DNA of 64,000 nucleotides from Candidatus Accumulibacter proximus (GTDB taxonomy: Bacteria; Pseudomonadota; Gammaproteobacteria; Burkholderiales; Rhodocyclaceae), in contig JADJMH010000016.1 of NCBI GenBank assembly GCA_016709675.1, positions 94,822-158,821 on the forward strand, written 5' to 3'. Every line of letters begins with the position of its first letter. Positions within the stretch are counted from its first letter, which is position 1. Shown here one piece after another: positions 1 through 10,522 of the stretch. The position numbers and the translations under genes were made by a program. A model generated the notes under the pieces. It searched no databases and had not been told where the DNA came from. It saw nothing but the letters and a program-made list of their open reading frames with translations.

Positions 1-342
1 GCACCCCCTCCAGCTGCATGCTGGGCAAACCCGCCCCGACCAAGGGCGATCCAGTCCCTGGTCAAGAAAACCGGGACGGACGCCAGTTCCTGCCGCGTTA
101 CCACCCTGACGATGATCGCCTCGCTGGCGGGAGTCATCGCTTCGGTGCAAGCGAGCGACACCGCGTCGCGCAGTGGCCCCGCTTGGCTGCATTCGCCAGC
201 TTGACAAGCAGTCGCCCCGGCGGCATCCTGTGGCGGAAATTCACGACGCCAATTCGTTGGATGCGTATCCGTTGCTGGCCAGTGACGGGTTTCATGTTTC
301 CACCGCAACCCTTCTGGCTGCACGCCAGAGGCGATTCGAGGA

Positions 343-1743
343 GTGCCGATGACGGAGACCGACCCCAGCACGCCTTCGCCGACAACGGCTCCGGTGCACG
401 ACCTCCGGGAGACCGTCGAGGAGCGAAGCGCGGCCGGCAAGGCTGCGCGCAAGCGGGCTCCGCGGAGCGCGTTTGCGCGCTGGGACGAAACCGCGCGCGG
501 GCACGACGCCCTCGACACGATCGTCGCCCAGAACGCGATCCGGGTTCCCGAGTTGCTCCCCGTCCGACACGGCCGCATGGTGGCCTCGCCGTGGAACTAC
601 TACCGCGGAGCAGCCGCGGTGATGGCTGCCGATCTCGCGTCCCGGCCCCACAGCGGGCTGCTGGTGCAGCTCTGCGGCGACGCTCACGTCCTCAACTTCG
701 GCCTGTGGGCGACGCCCGAGCGGAACCTCCTGTTTGACCTTCGCGACTTTGACGAGACGCTGCCCGGGCCCTTCGAGTGGGATGTGCAGCGACTCGCCGC
801 CAGCCTGGTGGTGGCGGCTCGGGAGGACGGTCTCAAGGCGGCGACGGCGGATGAGGCGGTGGTCACGGCAGTGGAGGCGTACCGGGACCGCATGGCCCGC
901 TACGCGAAGATGAGCGAGCTCAGCCTCTGGTACGACGGCACGCATGTCGACAGCCTGATCAGCTACTTCACACCGGCCGACCGCGAACTGATCTCGGTGC
1001 ACATCGAGAAGGAATCCAGGAGCCGTACTCACCTCGGCGCGTTCGCCAAGCTCACCTCGATGGTCGACGGCCGGCCACGGATCGACGAGGACCCACCCTT
1101 CCGCGTTGCCATCGACGACGACGAGCAGGACGCGCTGACCGACCAGTTCCTCGCTGGCTACCGGATGACCTTGCGGGAGGATAGGCGCTTCCTGTTCGAC
1201 CGCTTCACGCCGGTTGACGTGGTCCGCCAGGTCGTGGGGGTCGGCAGCGTCGGCATGCGCGTGTATCTGGTTCTCCTCGAGGGCCGCAGCGGCAGCGACC
1301 CGTTGTTCCTGCAGATCAAGCAGGCGGGTCCGTCGGTATATGAGTCTTACCTCGGCCGCAGCCAGCACGACAATCATGGGGCCCGGGTGATCGCCGGCAA
1401 GCGGGCGCTGCAAACAGCGACCGGCATCTTCGTCGGCTGGGGCTCGTTCCAGGGCAGGGACTACTACGTGCGGCAGTTCCGTGACATGAAGATCATCCTC
1501 GATATCAAATTGCTCGCCCCCTGCCTGGTCGAGTTCGCTGCCGCCTGTGGCGAGACGCTGGCGCGGGCCCACGCCCGCTCGGGAGACGCCGTGGCGATCA
1601 GCGCGTACCTCGGCAAGGGCTCGCAGTTCGCCACCGCCCTTTGCGACTTCGCCCGCCTTTACGCCGACCAGAACGAGCGCGACCACGCGCAACTCGAGCG
1701 CGCCATCGCCGCGGGTACGGTCGCGAGTGCACCGGGTTGGTAG
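343..1743 (+). CDS. DUF2252 family protein (kinase-like fold)
   Basis: Motifs R.GRM..SP..YYRGAAAVMAADL, QLCGDAH..NFG, FDL.DFDET..GPFEWD..RL, VVGVGSVG, DYYVRQ.RDMK, LARAHARSGD. The ATG at 349 is an alternative start. Confidence 0.9.
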   Translation: MPMTETDPSTPSPTTAPVHDLRETVEERSAAGKAARKRAPRSAFARWDETARGHDALDTIVAQNAIRVPELLPVRHGRMVASPWNYYRGAAAVMAADLASRPHSGLLVQLCGDAHVLNFGLWATPERNLLFDLRDFDETLPGPFEWDVQRLAASLVVAAREDGLKAATADEAVVTAVEAYRDRMARYAKMSELSLWYDGTHVDSLISYFTPADRELISVHIEKESRSRTHLGAFAKLTSMVDGRPRIDEDPPFRVAIDDDEQDALTDQFLAGYRMTLREDRRFLFDRFTPVDVVRQVVGVGSVGMRVYLVLLEGRSGSDPLFLQIKQAGPSVYESYLGRSQHDNHGARVIAGKRALQTATGIFVGWGSFQGRDYYVRQFRDMKIILDIKLLAPCLVEFAAACGETLARAHARSGDAVAISAYLGKGSQFATALCDFARLYADQNERDHAQLERAIAAGTVASAPGW

Positions 1744-1813
1744 GAACGCACTTAGAATTATCTGCCTCAGGCTCGCCTGCCAATTCACCGAAACTTCAAC
1801 AAGGAGCCGCTCT

Positions 1814-2926
1814 GTGTCCGTGAACGTTGCCACCAAGCGAACCGCTTTTCTGTCCGGAACGAACGCCTTGCTGACGCTCGCCGCGTTGGCGCTGCTGGCG
1901 GCCTGTCAGCGCGCTGACGAAGCGTCGGTGCCGGAGATTCGCCCGGTGCGCGTGACGAACATCGAAAGCCGTGCCGCGAGTGGTATCGTCTCCCTGACCG
2001 GCTCGGTGCAGGCGCAGACCGAGATCAACGAGTCATTCCGCATCGACGGCCGGCTGGTCGAGCGAACGGTGGACATCGGCGACAAGGTAAAGCCCGGTCA
2101 ACTCATTGCGCGGCTCGATCCGCAGAACGAGGAAAGCGGCCTGCAGTCGGCGCGTGCGCAACTGGCGGCCGCACGGGCACAGTTGGTGGAGGCGCGCAAC
2201 AATCACGCGCGCATGCGCGAGCTGGTGGCCGAAGACGCCGTCTCGCGCGCCTCGTTCGACCAGGCCGTGGCACTGCTGAAGACCGCCGAGTCGCAGGTCG
2301 AGGCGGTACAGTCGCAGGTCAGCCTGGCGGAGAACCGTCTGAGCTATACGCGCCTCTTCGCGAACGTGGCCGGCGTCGTGACGGCGCGCGGGCCGGAGCC
2401 CGGCGAAGTCGTTGCGGCCGGACGCATGATCGTCCAGGTGGCGCGCGAGGGCGCGCGCGACGCGGTTTTCGACGTGCCGGGCCGCATCAAGGACGTCGCG
2501 CCGAAGATTCCAGAGATCACGGTGGCGCTGACCGACGACCCGCGGGTGACGGTAGCCGGCCGGGTACGGGAAGTCTCGCCGCGCGCGGATCCGGTGACCG
2601 GCACCTTCGTCGTGCGCGTACGCCTGATCGACCCGCCGCCGGCCATGCGCCTGGGCAGCACCGTTACGGGCAGGATGCAACTGCCCGAGGCGCTTGCCAT
2701 CGAGGTGCCGGCCTCGGCGCTGGTACGCGCCGACGGCAAGACCGCGGTATGGGTGGTCGACAAGGCTTCGAGCACCGTATCGTTGCGCAACGTCCAGCTG
2801 GGCGGGGGCGACGCCAACACCGTGCAGGTGGCCGCGGGGCTGAACCCAGGCGACGTCGTCGTCATCGCCGGCGCGCAGGCGCTGCGCCCGGGCCAGAAAG
2901 TGCGCGTGCCGGAGACCCGCTCGTGA
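1814..2926 (+). CDS. RND efflux periplasmic adaptor (membrane fusion) lipoprotein
   Basis: AAGGAG RBS at 1801 precedes GTG 1814; lipobox LAAC; MFP motifs FRIDGRLVERTVDIGDKVKPGQ, EVSPRADPVTGTF, GLNPGDVVV.AG. Confidence 0.9.
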   Translation: MSVNVATKRTAFLSGTNALLTLAALALLAACQRADEASVPEIRPVRVTNIESRAASGIVSLTGSVQAQTEINESFRIDGRLVERTVDIGDKVKPGQLIARLDPQNEESGLQSARAQLAAARAQLVEARNNHARMRELVAEDAVSRASFDQAVALLKTAESQVEAVQSQVSLAENRLSYTRLFANVAGVVTARGPEPGEVVAAGRMIVQVAREGARDAVFDVPGRIKDVAPKIPEITVALTDDPRVTVAGRVREVSPRADPVTGTFVVRVRLIDPPPAMRLGSTVTGRMQLPEALAIEVPASALVRADGKTAVWVVDKASSTVSLRNVQLGGGDANTVQVAAGLNPGDVVVIAGAQALRPGQKVRVPETRS

Positions 2927-5900
2927 TCGGACCGAACCTGTCGGAATGGGCGCTCAAGAAGCGCTCGCTGGTCGTCTTCCTGATGATCCTGGCCGTGGTG
3001 GCCGGCGTCATGTCCTTCTTCAAGCTGGGGCGCGGCGAGGACCCGGCGATCACCACGCGCACGATGGTCGTCGCGGCCGGCTGGCCCGGTGCGACGGTGG
3101 ACGAGACGATGAAGCAGGTTACCGAGCGGCTCGAGCGCACGCTGCAGGAGACCGACTACCTCGACCGCTTGCGCAGCTACACCATCGCCGGGCAGACGAC
3201 GATCTTCGTCGACCTGAAGCAATCGACGCCGCCTCACAAGATTCCCGACATCTGGTACCAGGTGCGCAAGAACATCGGCGACATGCGCCACACGCTGCCG
3301 CAGGGCGTGCTCGGGCCGTTCCTCAACGACGACTTCGGCGACACCTTCGGCATCATCTACGCGTTCACCGCCGACGGCTTCAGCTTCCGCGAACTGCGTG
3401 ACTACGTCGAGGCCGCGCGCTCGCGGCTGCTGCAGGTGCCCGACGTCTCGAAGATCGAGGTGCTGGGCGCGCAGGACGAGCAGATCTACATCGAGTTCTC
3501 GATGGAGCGGCTGGCCGGACTGCGATTGAACCTGAACCAGATCGTGGCCACGCTGCAGGCGCAGAACCTGGTGCGCCCGGCCGGCACGATGCAAGGCGAG
3601 CAGGAGCGTGTGTTCCTGCGCGTGACCGGCGCCTTCGACAACGAGCGCGACATCGAGGCGGTGAACATCGTCGCCGGCGAGCGCATCTTCCGCCTCGGCG
3701 ACATCGCCAAAGTGCGGCGCGGCTTCACCGACCCGCCGCAGCCGATGTTCCGCGTCAACGGCAACCGGCCATCGGCCTGGCGATCGCCATGCGCGACGCC
3801 GGCGACATCCTGGCGCTCGGCGAGAACGTGCGCAAGGAGATGGCCGAGATCACCGCCAACCTGCCGGTCGGCATCGAGCCGGTGCTGGTCGCCGACCAGG
3901 CGGTGACGGTCGATCTGGCGATCAGCGACTTCATGACCTCGCTGTGGCAGGCCATCGTCATCATCCTGGCGTGCAGCTTCGTCAGCCTGGGCATGCGCCC
4001 CGGCGCGGTGGTGGCGCTGGCCATTCCGCTGACGATGGCGATCGTGTTCGCAGTCATGGACGTGGCCAACATCGACCTGCACCGCATCTCGCTGGGCGCG
4101 CTGATCATCGCGCTCGGGATGCTGGTCGACGACGCGATGACCACGGTGGACGCCATGCTGCGCCGGCTGGGCGCCGGCGACACCCCGGACCAGGCCGCGA
4201 CCTTTGCCTACCGCACGCTGGCCGCGCCGATGCTGATCGGCACGCTGGTCACGATCGCCAGCTTCGTGCCGATCGGCTTCGCCAAGAGCTCGGCCGGCGA
4301 GTACACCTTCTCGATCTTCTCGGTGGTCGCCATCTCGCTGATCGTCAGCTGGCTGGTGGCGGTGATCTTCGCGCCGCTGATCGGCAAGGCGATGCTGAAA
4401 CCGCCGAAGCAGCAGGAGACCGAGCCCAAGCCGGGCAAGCTGGTGCAGCTGTACAGCAGCTTGCTCCAGGGCGCGATCCGCATGAAGTGGCTGACCATCG
4501 GCGTCACGCTCGCCGCCTTCGTCGCCGCGCTGGTCCTGTCGGGGAACGTGTCGCGGCAGTTCTTCCCGTCCAGCGACCGTCCCGAATTGACGGTGAACCT
4601 GACGCTGCGCCAGAACGCGTCGATCTTCGCCGCCGAGGCCGAGGTCAAGCGGCTGGAGGCGATCCTGAAGGCCGACCCCGACGTCGACCACTTCAGCAGC
4701 TACGTCGGGCGCGGCGCGATCCGCTTCATCCTGACGCTGGACGTGCAGTTGGCGAACCCCTTCTTCAGCCAGTTCGTCATCGTCGCCAAGGACCTCGAGG
4801 CGCGCGAGCGGCTGCGGGTCAAGCTGGAGAAGGCGCTCGCCGAGCAGTTCCCCGGCGTCGTCTCGCGTGTGTCGCCGCTCGAGCTGGGGCCGCCGGTGGG
4901 CTGGCCGCTGCAGTACCGCGTGTCGGGCCCGGACAAGGACGAGGTGCGGCGTCTTTCGCTGGAACTGGCCAACGTGGTCGGCGCCGACGCGCGCACGCGG
5001 CACGTGCACTTCGACTGGATGGAGCCGGCACGCCAGTTGCGCGTCAAAATCAACCAGGACCAGGCCCGGCAGCTCGGCGTCAGTTCGGCCGCGATCGCCG
5101 GCGTGCTCAACGCCGCCATCTCCGGCACGCCGGTGACGCAGGTGCGCGACGACATCTATCTGGTCAACGCCGTGGTACGCGCCGCCGATGGTGAACGTGC
5201 CTCGTTCCAGACGCTGGCGTCGCTGCAGGTGCCCACGCCGAGCGGGCGCATGGTGCCTCTCCAGCAGTTCGCGACCTTCGTCGAGGAGCAGGAGTTCCCG
5301 CTGGTGTGGCGCCGCGACCGGGTGCCGACGCTGACGGTGCGCGCCGACGTCAACCGCGGCGTTCTGCCCGACAGCGTGGTGGAAGCGCTGGCGCCGAAGA
5401 TCGCCGACTTCAGCGCCAAGCTGCCCAAGCCCTACAAGGTCGAGACCGGCGGCCTGTTCGAGGAGAGCCAGGTCTCGCAGGCCTCGGTGTTCGCGGTCGT
5501 GCCGCTGATGATCGTGCTGATGCTGCTGGCGATGATGGTCATGCTGGTCAGCTTCCGCCGCCTGGCCATGGTGATGGCGATCCTGCCGCTGGGGCTGATC
5601 GGCGTGGTGCTGTCGCTGCTGCTGTTCAACCGTCCGCTGGGCTTCGTCGCCATCCTCGGCATCCTGGCGCTGATCGGCATGATCGCCAAGAACGCGGTGA
5701 TCCTGATCGTCTCGATCGAGGAGGAGCGCGCCGCCGGGCTCAGCGTGCGCGACGCGGTGCTGGGCTGCGCCACCAATCGGCTTCGGCCGATGATGCTGGC
5801 CGCGATGTCCACCGTGCTCGGCCTGCTGCCGATCGCGCCCACCGTGTTCTGGGGCCCGATGGCCTTCGCCATCATGGGCGGCCTGCTGGTGGCGACGCTG

Positions 5901-5990
5901 CTGACGCTGGTTTTCCTGCCCACGCTGTACATGGCAGTGCTCGGCAACGAGAAGACGCCGGCGGCTGATGCCGTGGAGCAGTCATCATGA
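2923..5990 (+). CDS. RND efflux permease (AcrB/AcrD/AcrF family), frameshifted near 3764
   Basis: Starts MIGPNLSEWAL at GTG 2923 and continues in ORF 3789..5990 (GMLVDDA, KNAVILI, RLRPMML). One base is missing at AAC GGC AA CCG GCC ATC (expected NGKPAI). Confidence 0.9.
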
Positions 5991-6073
5991 CGTCGCAGCC
6001 GGCGGCACTGCCGCCGCGCCCGCCCGTTCCCCTGCTGATCCCGGAGGACGCAGCGCGGAGGGTTGTCCGGTGA
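5987..6073 (+). repeat. Short junction element / coupling mini-ORF, copy 1 (MTSQPAALPPRPPVPLLIPEDAARRVVR)
   Basis: Its ATG overlaps the permease TGA and its TGA overlaps the mnhE GTG. The 3' ~50 nt resemble 7165-7217. Confidence 0.55.
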
Positions 6074-6576
6074 CCGCCGCGCCCGATGGTAGTCTCACCC
6101 GTGCTCTGGCCGTGCGTGCGCTGTTGTACTTTGCGCTGTGGATCGTCGTCGACCAGAGCGCCAGGCCGGCGAACCTGGTCTTCGGCCTGCTGGCCAGCGC
6201 TGCGGCCACCTGGGCCAGCGTCAAGCTGCTGCCGCCGGCCAGCAGTGGCGTTCGCCTCGGCCAGCTGCTGCTGCTGCTGCCGCGCTTCCTGTGGCAGTCG
6301 CTGGTGGCCGGCACCGATGTCGCGCGCCGCGCCTTCGCACCGCAGCCGCGCTTGCAGCCGGGCTTCATCGACTATCCCGTCGGGCTGCCACGCGGCGCGG
6401 GGCGCAACGCCTTCGAACTGATCGCCAGCCTGATGCCGGGCACGGTGGCCAGCGACGGAACACCAGACATGATCGAGTTCCATTGCCTCGACACGGGGCA
6501 AGCGGTGGTCGAGCAACTGGCCGCCGAGGAGCGTGCCTACGCCAGGGCCCTGCAGCCGGAGCCGCGCGATGGCTGA
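6070..6576 (+). CDS. mnhE: Na+/H+ antiporter subunit E (MnhE/MrpE-like)
   Basis: Hydrophobic N-terminus, ..DVARRAFAPQPRLQPGFIDY, SLMPGTV, EFHCLD. Confidence 0.8.
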   Translation: MTAAPDGSLTRALAVRALLYFALWIVVDQSARPANLVFGLLASAAATWASVKLLPPASSGVRLGQLLLLLPRFLWQSLVAGTDVARRAFAPQPRLQPGFIDYPVGLPRGAGRNAFELIASLMPGTVASDGTPDMIEFHCLDTGQAVVEQLAAEERAYARALQPEPRDG

Positions 6577-6865
6577 TTTTCTGCTCTCAGCGGCGGCCTT
6601 CATCGTGCTGATGGTGGCCGTCGGCCTGGTGCGCGTGGCGCGTGGACCGGGCCGCGCCGAGCGCATGATGGCCGCGCAGCTGCTGGGCAGCGGCGCCATC
6701 GCTGCGCTGCTGCTGTTCGGAGCGGCCTCCGGCGACCGGGCGATGTTCGACGTGGCACTGACGCTGGCGCTGCTCTCCGCCTTCGCGTCGATCGCCTTTG
6801 TCAAGTTCGCCCTGCGCCAGGACCAGAAAGTCGCCGACGATGACGCCACTGAGGGTGCAAGGTGA
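6569..6865 (+). CDS. mnhF: Na+/H+ antiporter subunit F (MnhF/MrpF)
   Basis: RVARGPGRAERMMAAQL and DVALTLALL; about 98 aa with 3 TM segments. Confidence 0.85.
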   Translation: MADFLLSAAAFIVLMVAVGLVRVARGPGRAERMMAAQLLGSGAIAALLLFGAASGDRAMFDVALTLALLSAFASIAFVKFALRQDQKVADDDATEGAR

Positions 6866-7155
6866 GCGTTGTGATCGACGTGTTCAGCATTGTCGCCATT
6901 GGCGCCGGCCTGGTGTTCTTTCTCGCGGGCACGGTCGGGCTGTTGCGCTTTCCCGATGCCTACACGCGGCTGCATGCGCTGACCAAGGCCGACAACCTGG
7001 GCGTCGCGCTGGTGGTCACCGGTCTGCTGCCGCAAATGGATGGCGTGCTCGCGGCGCTGAAGCTGGTACTGGTGTGGCTGCTGGTGATGCTGTCCAGCGG
7101 GGCGGTGTCGCAGCTCATCGCGCGCTCGGTGCGGCGCCGGGAATACAACGAATGA
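6862..7155 (+). CDS. mnhG: Na+/H+ antiporter subunit G (MnhG/MrpG)
   Basis: GLLRFPDAYTRLHALTKADNLG signature. Confidence 0.9.
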   Translation: MSVVIDVFSIVAIGAGLVFFLAGTVGLLRFPDAYTRLHALTKADNLGVALVVTGLLPQMDGVLAALKLVLVWLLVMLSSGAVSQLIARSVRRREYNE

Positions 7156-7217
7156 GCACGCCGGGCCGTTCCCGGGCGCTCATCGCGAAGCGCGCAGCGC
7201 GCAGGGTAGTCGAATGA
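7152..7217 (+). repeat. Short junction element / coupling mini-ORF, copy 2 (MSTPGRSRALIAKRAARRVVE)
   Basis: Flanked by a CGAATGA direct repeat (7149-7155 and 7211-7217); imperfect hairpin ATGAGC..CCGGG/CCCGG..GCTCAT; links the mnhG stop to the mnhB start. Confidence 0.6.
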
Positions 7218-8227
7218 CGGCGCTCGTCAGCCTGGTCGTTGCCTTGCTGCTGCTGTGGCTGGCGCTGTGGACCGTGCTCGCGCGCGACGCCTTCCTGGCG
7301 GTGGCCGGTTTCGTCGTCTACGGCTTGCTGCTGTCGCTGGTTTGGGTGCGCCTGGCCGGCATCGACGTCGCGCTGACCGAAGCGGCCATCGGCGGCGGCC
7401 TGACCGGCGCGCTGTTGCTCGGTGCGGTGGGGCGGCTGCGTGGCACCGAGGCGGCGGCCTGGTCCGAGCGCAGCGGCGCCGGTACGCGCGCATTCGCAGT
7501 GTTGCTGTCGGTGAGCGTCGCCACGGTGCTGGCGCTGTGCGTGCTGGCGTTGCCCGAGCCCGCGCCGACGCTGGCGCCGCAGGCGGTTGAGAACCTGGCG
7601 GCCACTGGCGTCGGCAACCCGATCACCGGCGTGCTGCTCGCCTTCCGCGCGCTGGATACGCTGCTCGAGGCGGTCGTGCTGGTGATCGCGCTGATCGGCG
7701 TGTGGTCGCTGGCGCCGGACCGCTTCTGGGGCGGCCGCCCCGGGCCGCGCTACGGCGCAGACCCCGACGGCATCCTCACCTACCTGGCGCGCGTGCTGCC
7801 GCCGATCGGCATCGTCGTCGGCCTCTACCTGTTCTGGGCCGGCGCCGACCACCCGGGCGGCAAGTTCCAGAGCGCCACCATCCTGGCGGCGATGTGGATG
7901 CTGGTGCAGATGGCCGGCCTGGGCGATGCACCGCGCATCGACAGCCGCTGGCTACGCGCCGGCATCGTCGTCGGGCCACTGGTGTTCGTTTCCGTCGGCG
8001 TGCTCGGTGCGTGGCAGGCGGGCGCCTTCCTTGGCTATCCGGACGGCTGGGCCAAGCCGATGATCGTGGTCATCGAGCTGGCGCTGCTGCCGACGCTGGT
8101 GCTGGTGCTGGCCTTGCTGTTGAACGGGGCACCGGCGCGAAGCGCCGACTCCTCGCCGGCGCCCGGCGAAACTTCCCTGTCAGCGCGCAACATGAGGCCC
8201 ATGCCAACCCGGAGTACCGGGCGATGA
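7214..8227 (+). CDS. mnhB: DUF4040 + MnhB domain membrane subunit of Mrp-type antiporter
   Basis: DVALTEAAIG.G, NPITGVLLAFRALDTLLE, HPGGKFQ motifs. Confidence 0.85.
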   Translation: MTALVSLVVALLLLWLALWTVLARDAFLAVAGFVVYGLLLSLVWVRLAGIDVALTEAAIGGGLTGALLLGAVGRLRGTEAAAWSERSGAGTRAFAVLLSVSVATVLALCVLALPEPAPTLAPQAVENLAATGVGNPITGVLLAFRALDTLLEAVVLVIALIGVWSLAPDRFWGGRPGPRYGADPDGILTYLARVLPPIGIVVGLYLFWAGADHPGGKFQSATILAAMWMLVQMAGLGDAPRIDSRWLRAGIVVGPLVFVSVGVLGAWQAGAFLGYPDGWAKPMIVVIELALLPTLVLVLALLLNGAPARSADSSPAPGETSLSARNMRPMPTRSTGR

Positions 8228-8544
8228 ACGTCGAGACGCTGTTCGCGCTGTGCGCCTGCGCGCTGGTGGGCATCGGCCTGTACGGGCTGATCGTGCAGCC
8301 GCACCCGCTGCGCAAGCTGGTGGCCTTCAACATCATGGGTTCGGGCGTGTTCGTGCTCTTCGGCGCGCTGGCCAAGCGCGGCGCCGCGGCCGGCATGGCC
8401 GCCGACCCGGTGCCGCAGGCGCTGCTGATCACCGCCATCGTCGTCGCCTTCGCCGCCACCGCAGTGACGGTGGCGCTGCTGCTGCGGCTGATCGAATCCA
8501 CCGCTACCGCGTCGCTGGCCGACGAGCCGCCGTCCGGCGATTGA
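8224..8544 (+). CDS. mnhC: Na+/H+ antiporter subunit C (MnhC/MrpC, NuoK-like)
   Basis: ATG 8224 overlaps the upstream stop; LRKLVAFNIMGSGV and DPVPQALLITAIVV. Confidence 0.9.
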   Translation: MNVETLFALCACALVGIGLYGLIVQPHPLRKLVAFNIMGSGVFVLFGALAKRGAAAGMAADPVPQALLITAIVVAFAATAVTVALLLRLIESTATASLADEPPSGD

Positions 8545-8559
8545 GCGGAAGCAGCGGCG

Positions 8560-10317
8560 GTGGAACTCTGGACGGGCACCTACGGAGGCGCGCTGCTGGC
8601 GCCGGTGGTGCTGTTGCCCTTCGTCGGCATGCTGCTCGGTTTGCTGCTGGGCGGGCGCCAGGTGCAGCGCATGGCCTTCGTGTTCATGCCATTGGGGCTG
8701 GCGCTGGCGGTGGGCATCGCGGCCGCGTGGCTGCGCGAAGGCCAGACGCTGGTCTACCTGCTCGGCGGCTGGGCGCCGCCGCTGGGCATCGCGCTGCGCG
8801 CCGACGGGCCGGCGGTGGTCATGCTGCTGGCGGTGGCCGGGGTGGTCTGCGGCATCGGCATTTACGCGCGCGCCGACTTCGGCACGCCGCTGGGCATCAA
8901 GGAGTCGCGCGCCGCGTTCAGCTATTGGCTGCTGCTGATGGCGGTGTGGGGGGCGCTGAACCTGGTTTTCGTCAGCGGCGACCTGTTTACGCTCTATGTC
9001 GCGCTGGAGCTGCTGACTTTCGCCGGCGTGCCGCTGGTGTGCCTGGCCGGCAGCGGCGAGACACTGCGCGCCGCGCTGCGCTACATGCTGTTTGCACTGT
9101 GCGGCTCGGTGCTGTACCTGCTCGGCGCGGTGCTGTTGTACGGCGGCTACGGCACGCTGGACATCCCGCTGCTGGCCGAAGCGGTGCAGCCCGAACCGAT
9201 CGCCCGGACGGCTCTGGCGCTGATGACCGCCGGCCTGCTGGCCAAGACCGCGCTCTTCCCGCTGCACATCTGGCTGCCGCCAGCGCATGGCGGCGCGCCC
9301 GCGGCAGCCAGTGCGGTGCTGTCGGCTCTGGTGATCAAGGGCTCGTGGTTCCTCGTCGTGCGGCTGTGGTTCGACGTGATGCCGGGCGTCGTGACCCTGC
9401 CGTCGGCGCAACTGCTCGGGGCTTTGGGCGCGATGGCCATCGTCATCGGCAGCGTCGTCGCGCTGCGTCAGGAGCGCTTGAAGTTGCTGGTTGCCTATTC
9501 GACGATGGCCCAGATCGGCTACCTGTTCCTCATGTTCCCGCTCGCCTTTGACGCCACCGGCAGCGTGCTGATACACGGCCCGGCCCTGACCGGTGGACTG
9601 TTGCAGGCGGTGTCGCATGCCACCGCCAAGGCCGCCATGTTCATGGCCGCCGGCCTCGTCTATGCGGCGCTCGGTCACGACCGCATCGCCGACCTGACCG
9701 GTGTGGTCCGCGCGCTGCCCGTCACCGTGCTGGCGTTCGTGCTGGCCGGCATTGCACTGATGGGCGTGGTGCCGAGTGGTGCCTACCTGGCGAAGAAGCT
9801 CCTGCTCGATGCCGCCGATGGCTCGGGGCAGTGGTGGTGGACGATCGTGCTGCAAGGCGGCGCCGTATTCACCGCCGGCTATGTGGTGCTGGTGCTGGTC
9901 AATGTTCTGCGCCGTCGCTCCGCGGCCCTGATTCTGGTGAAGCGCGTCTCGCGACGTTCCGAGTTCGCCGCACTGGCGCTAGCCGTGGGCTCGCTGTTGC
10001 TTGCTCTCGCCGCACTGGGGCCGCTTCCCGGCCACCTCGTGTCGAACCCGCTGGCGCCCAGTGAACTGGCAACGACGCTGCTGGTGCTGGTGGGCGGCGC
10101 GCTGCTGGCGCTGGGACTGTCGCGCGCGCCCGTACTCGCTGCGGCCCGGTCTGCTGCGGGCGCAAGAGAAGGCCGGCTGCGCCATGCGGCGCTGGCCCTA
10201 GGCATCGCCTTCGAGCAGGCCGACCGCCTCGCTCGGCGCTGGCCGTTCGCCAGCATCAGCTTGCTGACGCTGGCGGCGCTGTTCGGTGGGCTACTGCTGG
10301 TCGACGCACCGAAATGA
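8560..10317 (+). CDS. mnhD: Na+/H+ antiporter subunit D (MnhD/MrpD, proton-conducting NuoM/N-like)
   Basis: LGGWAPPLGIALRAD, DLFTLYVALE, KTALFPLHIWLPPAH, KLLVAYSTMAQIGY, SHATAKAAMF. Confidence 0.9.
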   Translation: MELWTGTYGGALLAPVVLLPFVGMLLGLLLGGRQVQRMAFVFMPLGLALAVGIAAAWLREGQTLVYLLGGWAPPLGIALRADGPAVVMLLAVAGVVCGIGIYARADFGTPLGIKESRAAFSYWLLLMAVWGALNLVFVSGDLFTLYVALELLTFAGVPLVCLAGSGETLRAALRYMLFALCGSVLYLLGAVLLYGGYGTLDIPLLAEAVQPEPIARTALALMTAGLLAKTALFPLHIWLPPAHGGAPAAASAVLSALVIKGSWFLVVRLWFDVMPGVVTLPSAQLLGALGAMAIVIGSVVALRQERLKLLVAYSTMAQIGYLFLMFPLAFDATGSVLIHGPALTGGLLQAVSHATAKAAMFMAAGLVYAALGHDRIADLTGVVRALPVTVLAFVLAGIALMGVVPSGAYLAKKLLLDAADGSGQWWWTIVLQGGAVFTAGYVVLVLVNVLRRRSAALILVKRVSRRSEFAALALAVGSLLLALAALGPLPGHLVSNPLAPSELATTLLVLVGGALLALGLSRAPVLAAARSAAGAREGRLRHAALALGIAFEQADRLARRWPFASISLLTLAALFGGLLLVDAPK

Positions 10318-10522
10318 GTGCCGGGCAGGTTCGCTCGCTCAGCAGGAGCGCTGGCGGCGATTGACATTCAACGAGGACCAGGCCGATGACAAGGCCTCGC
10401 CAGCGCGCCTTGGGGGGGATGAATATTGCTACAATGTGCGGCGTCAGGGCACCTGGCCCGGCACGGCGGTCGAACGGCAGTCGACGCCTGCCTCTGCCGC
10501 GCATCACAGGAGGAAAACCGAC

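Noticed and set aside
6070-10317. Membrane-bound hydrogenase or complex I operon
   Set aside because: Only Mrp-like membrane subunits are present; no NiFe, Fe-S or NuoH-like subunits.
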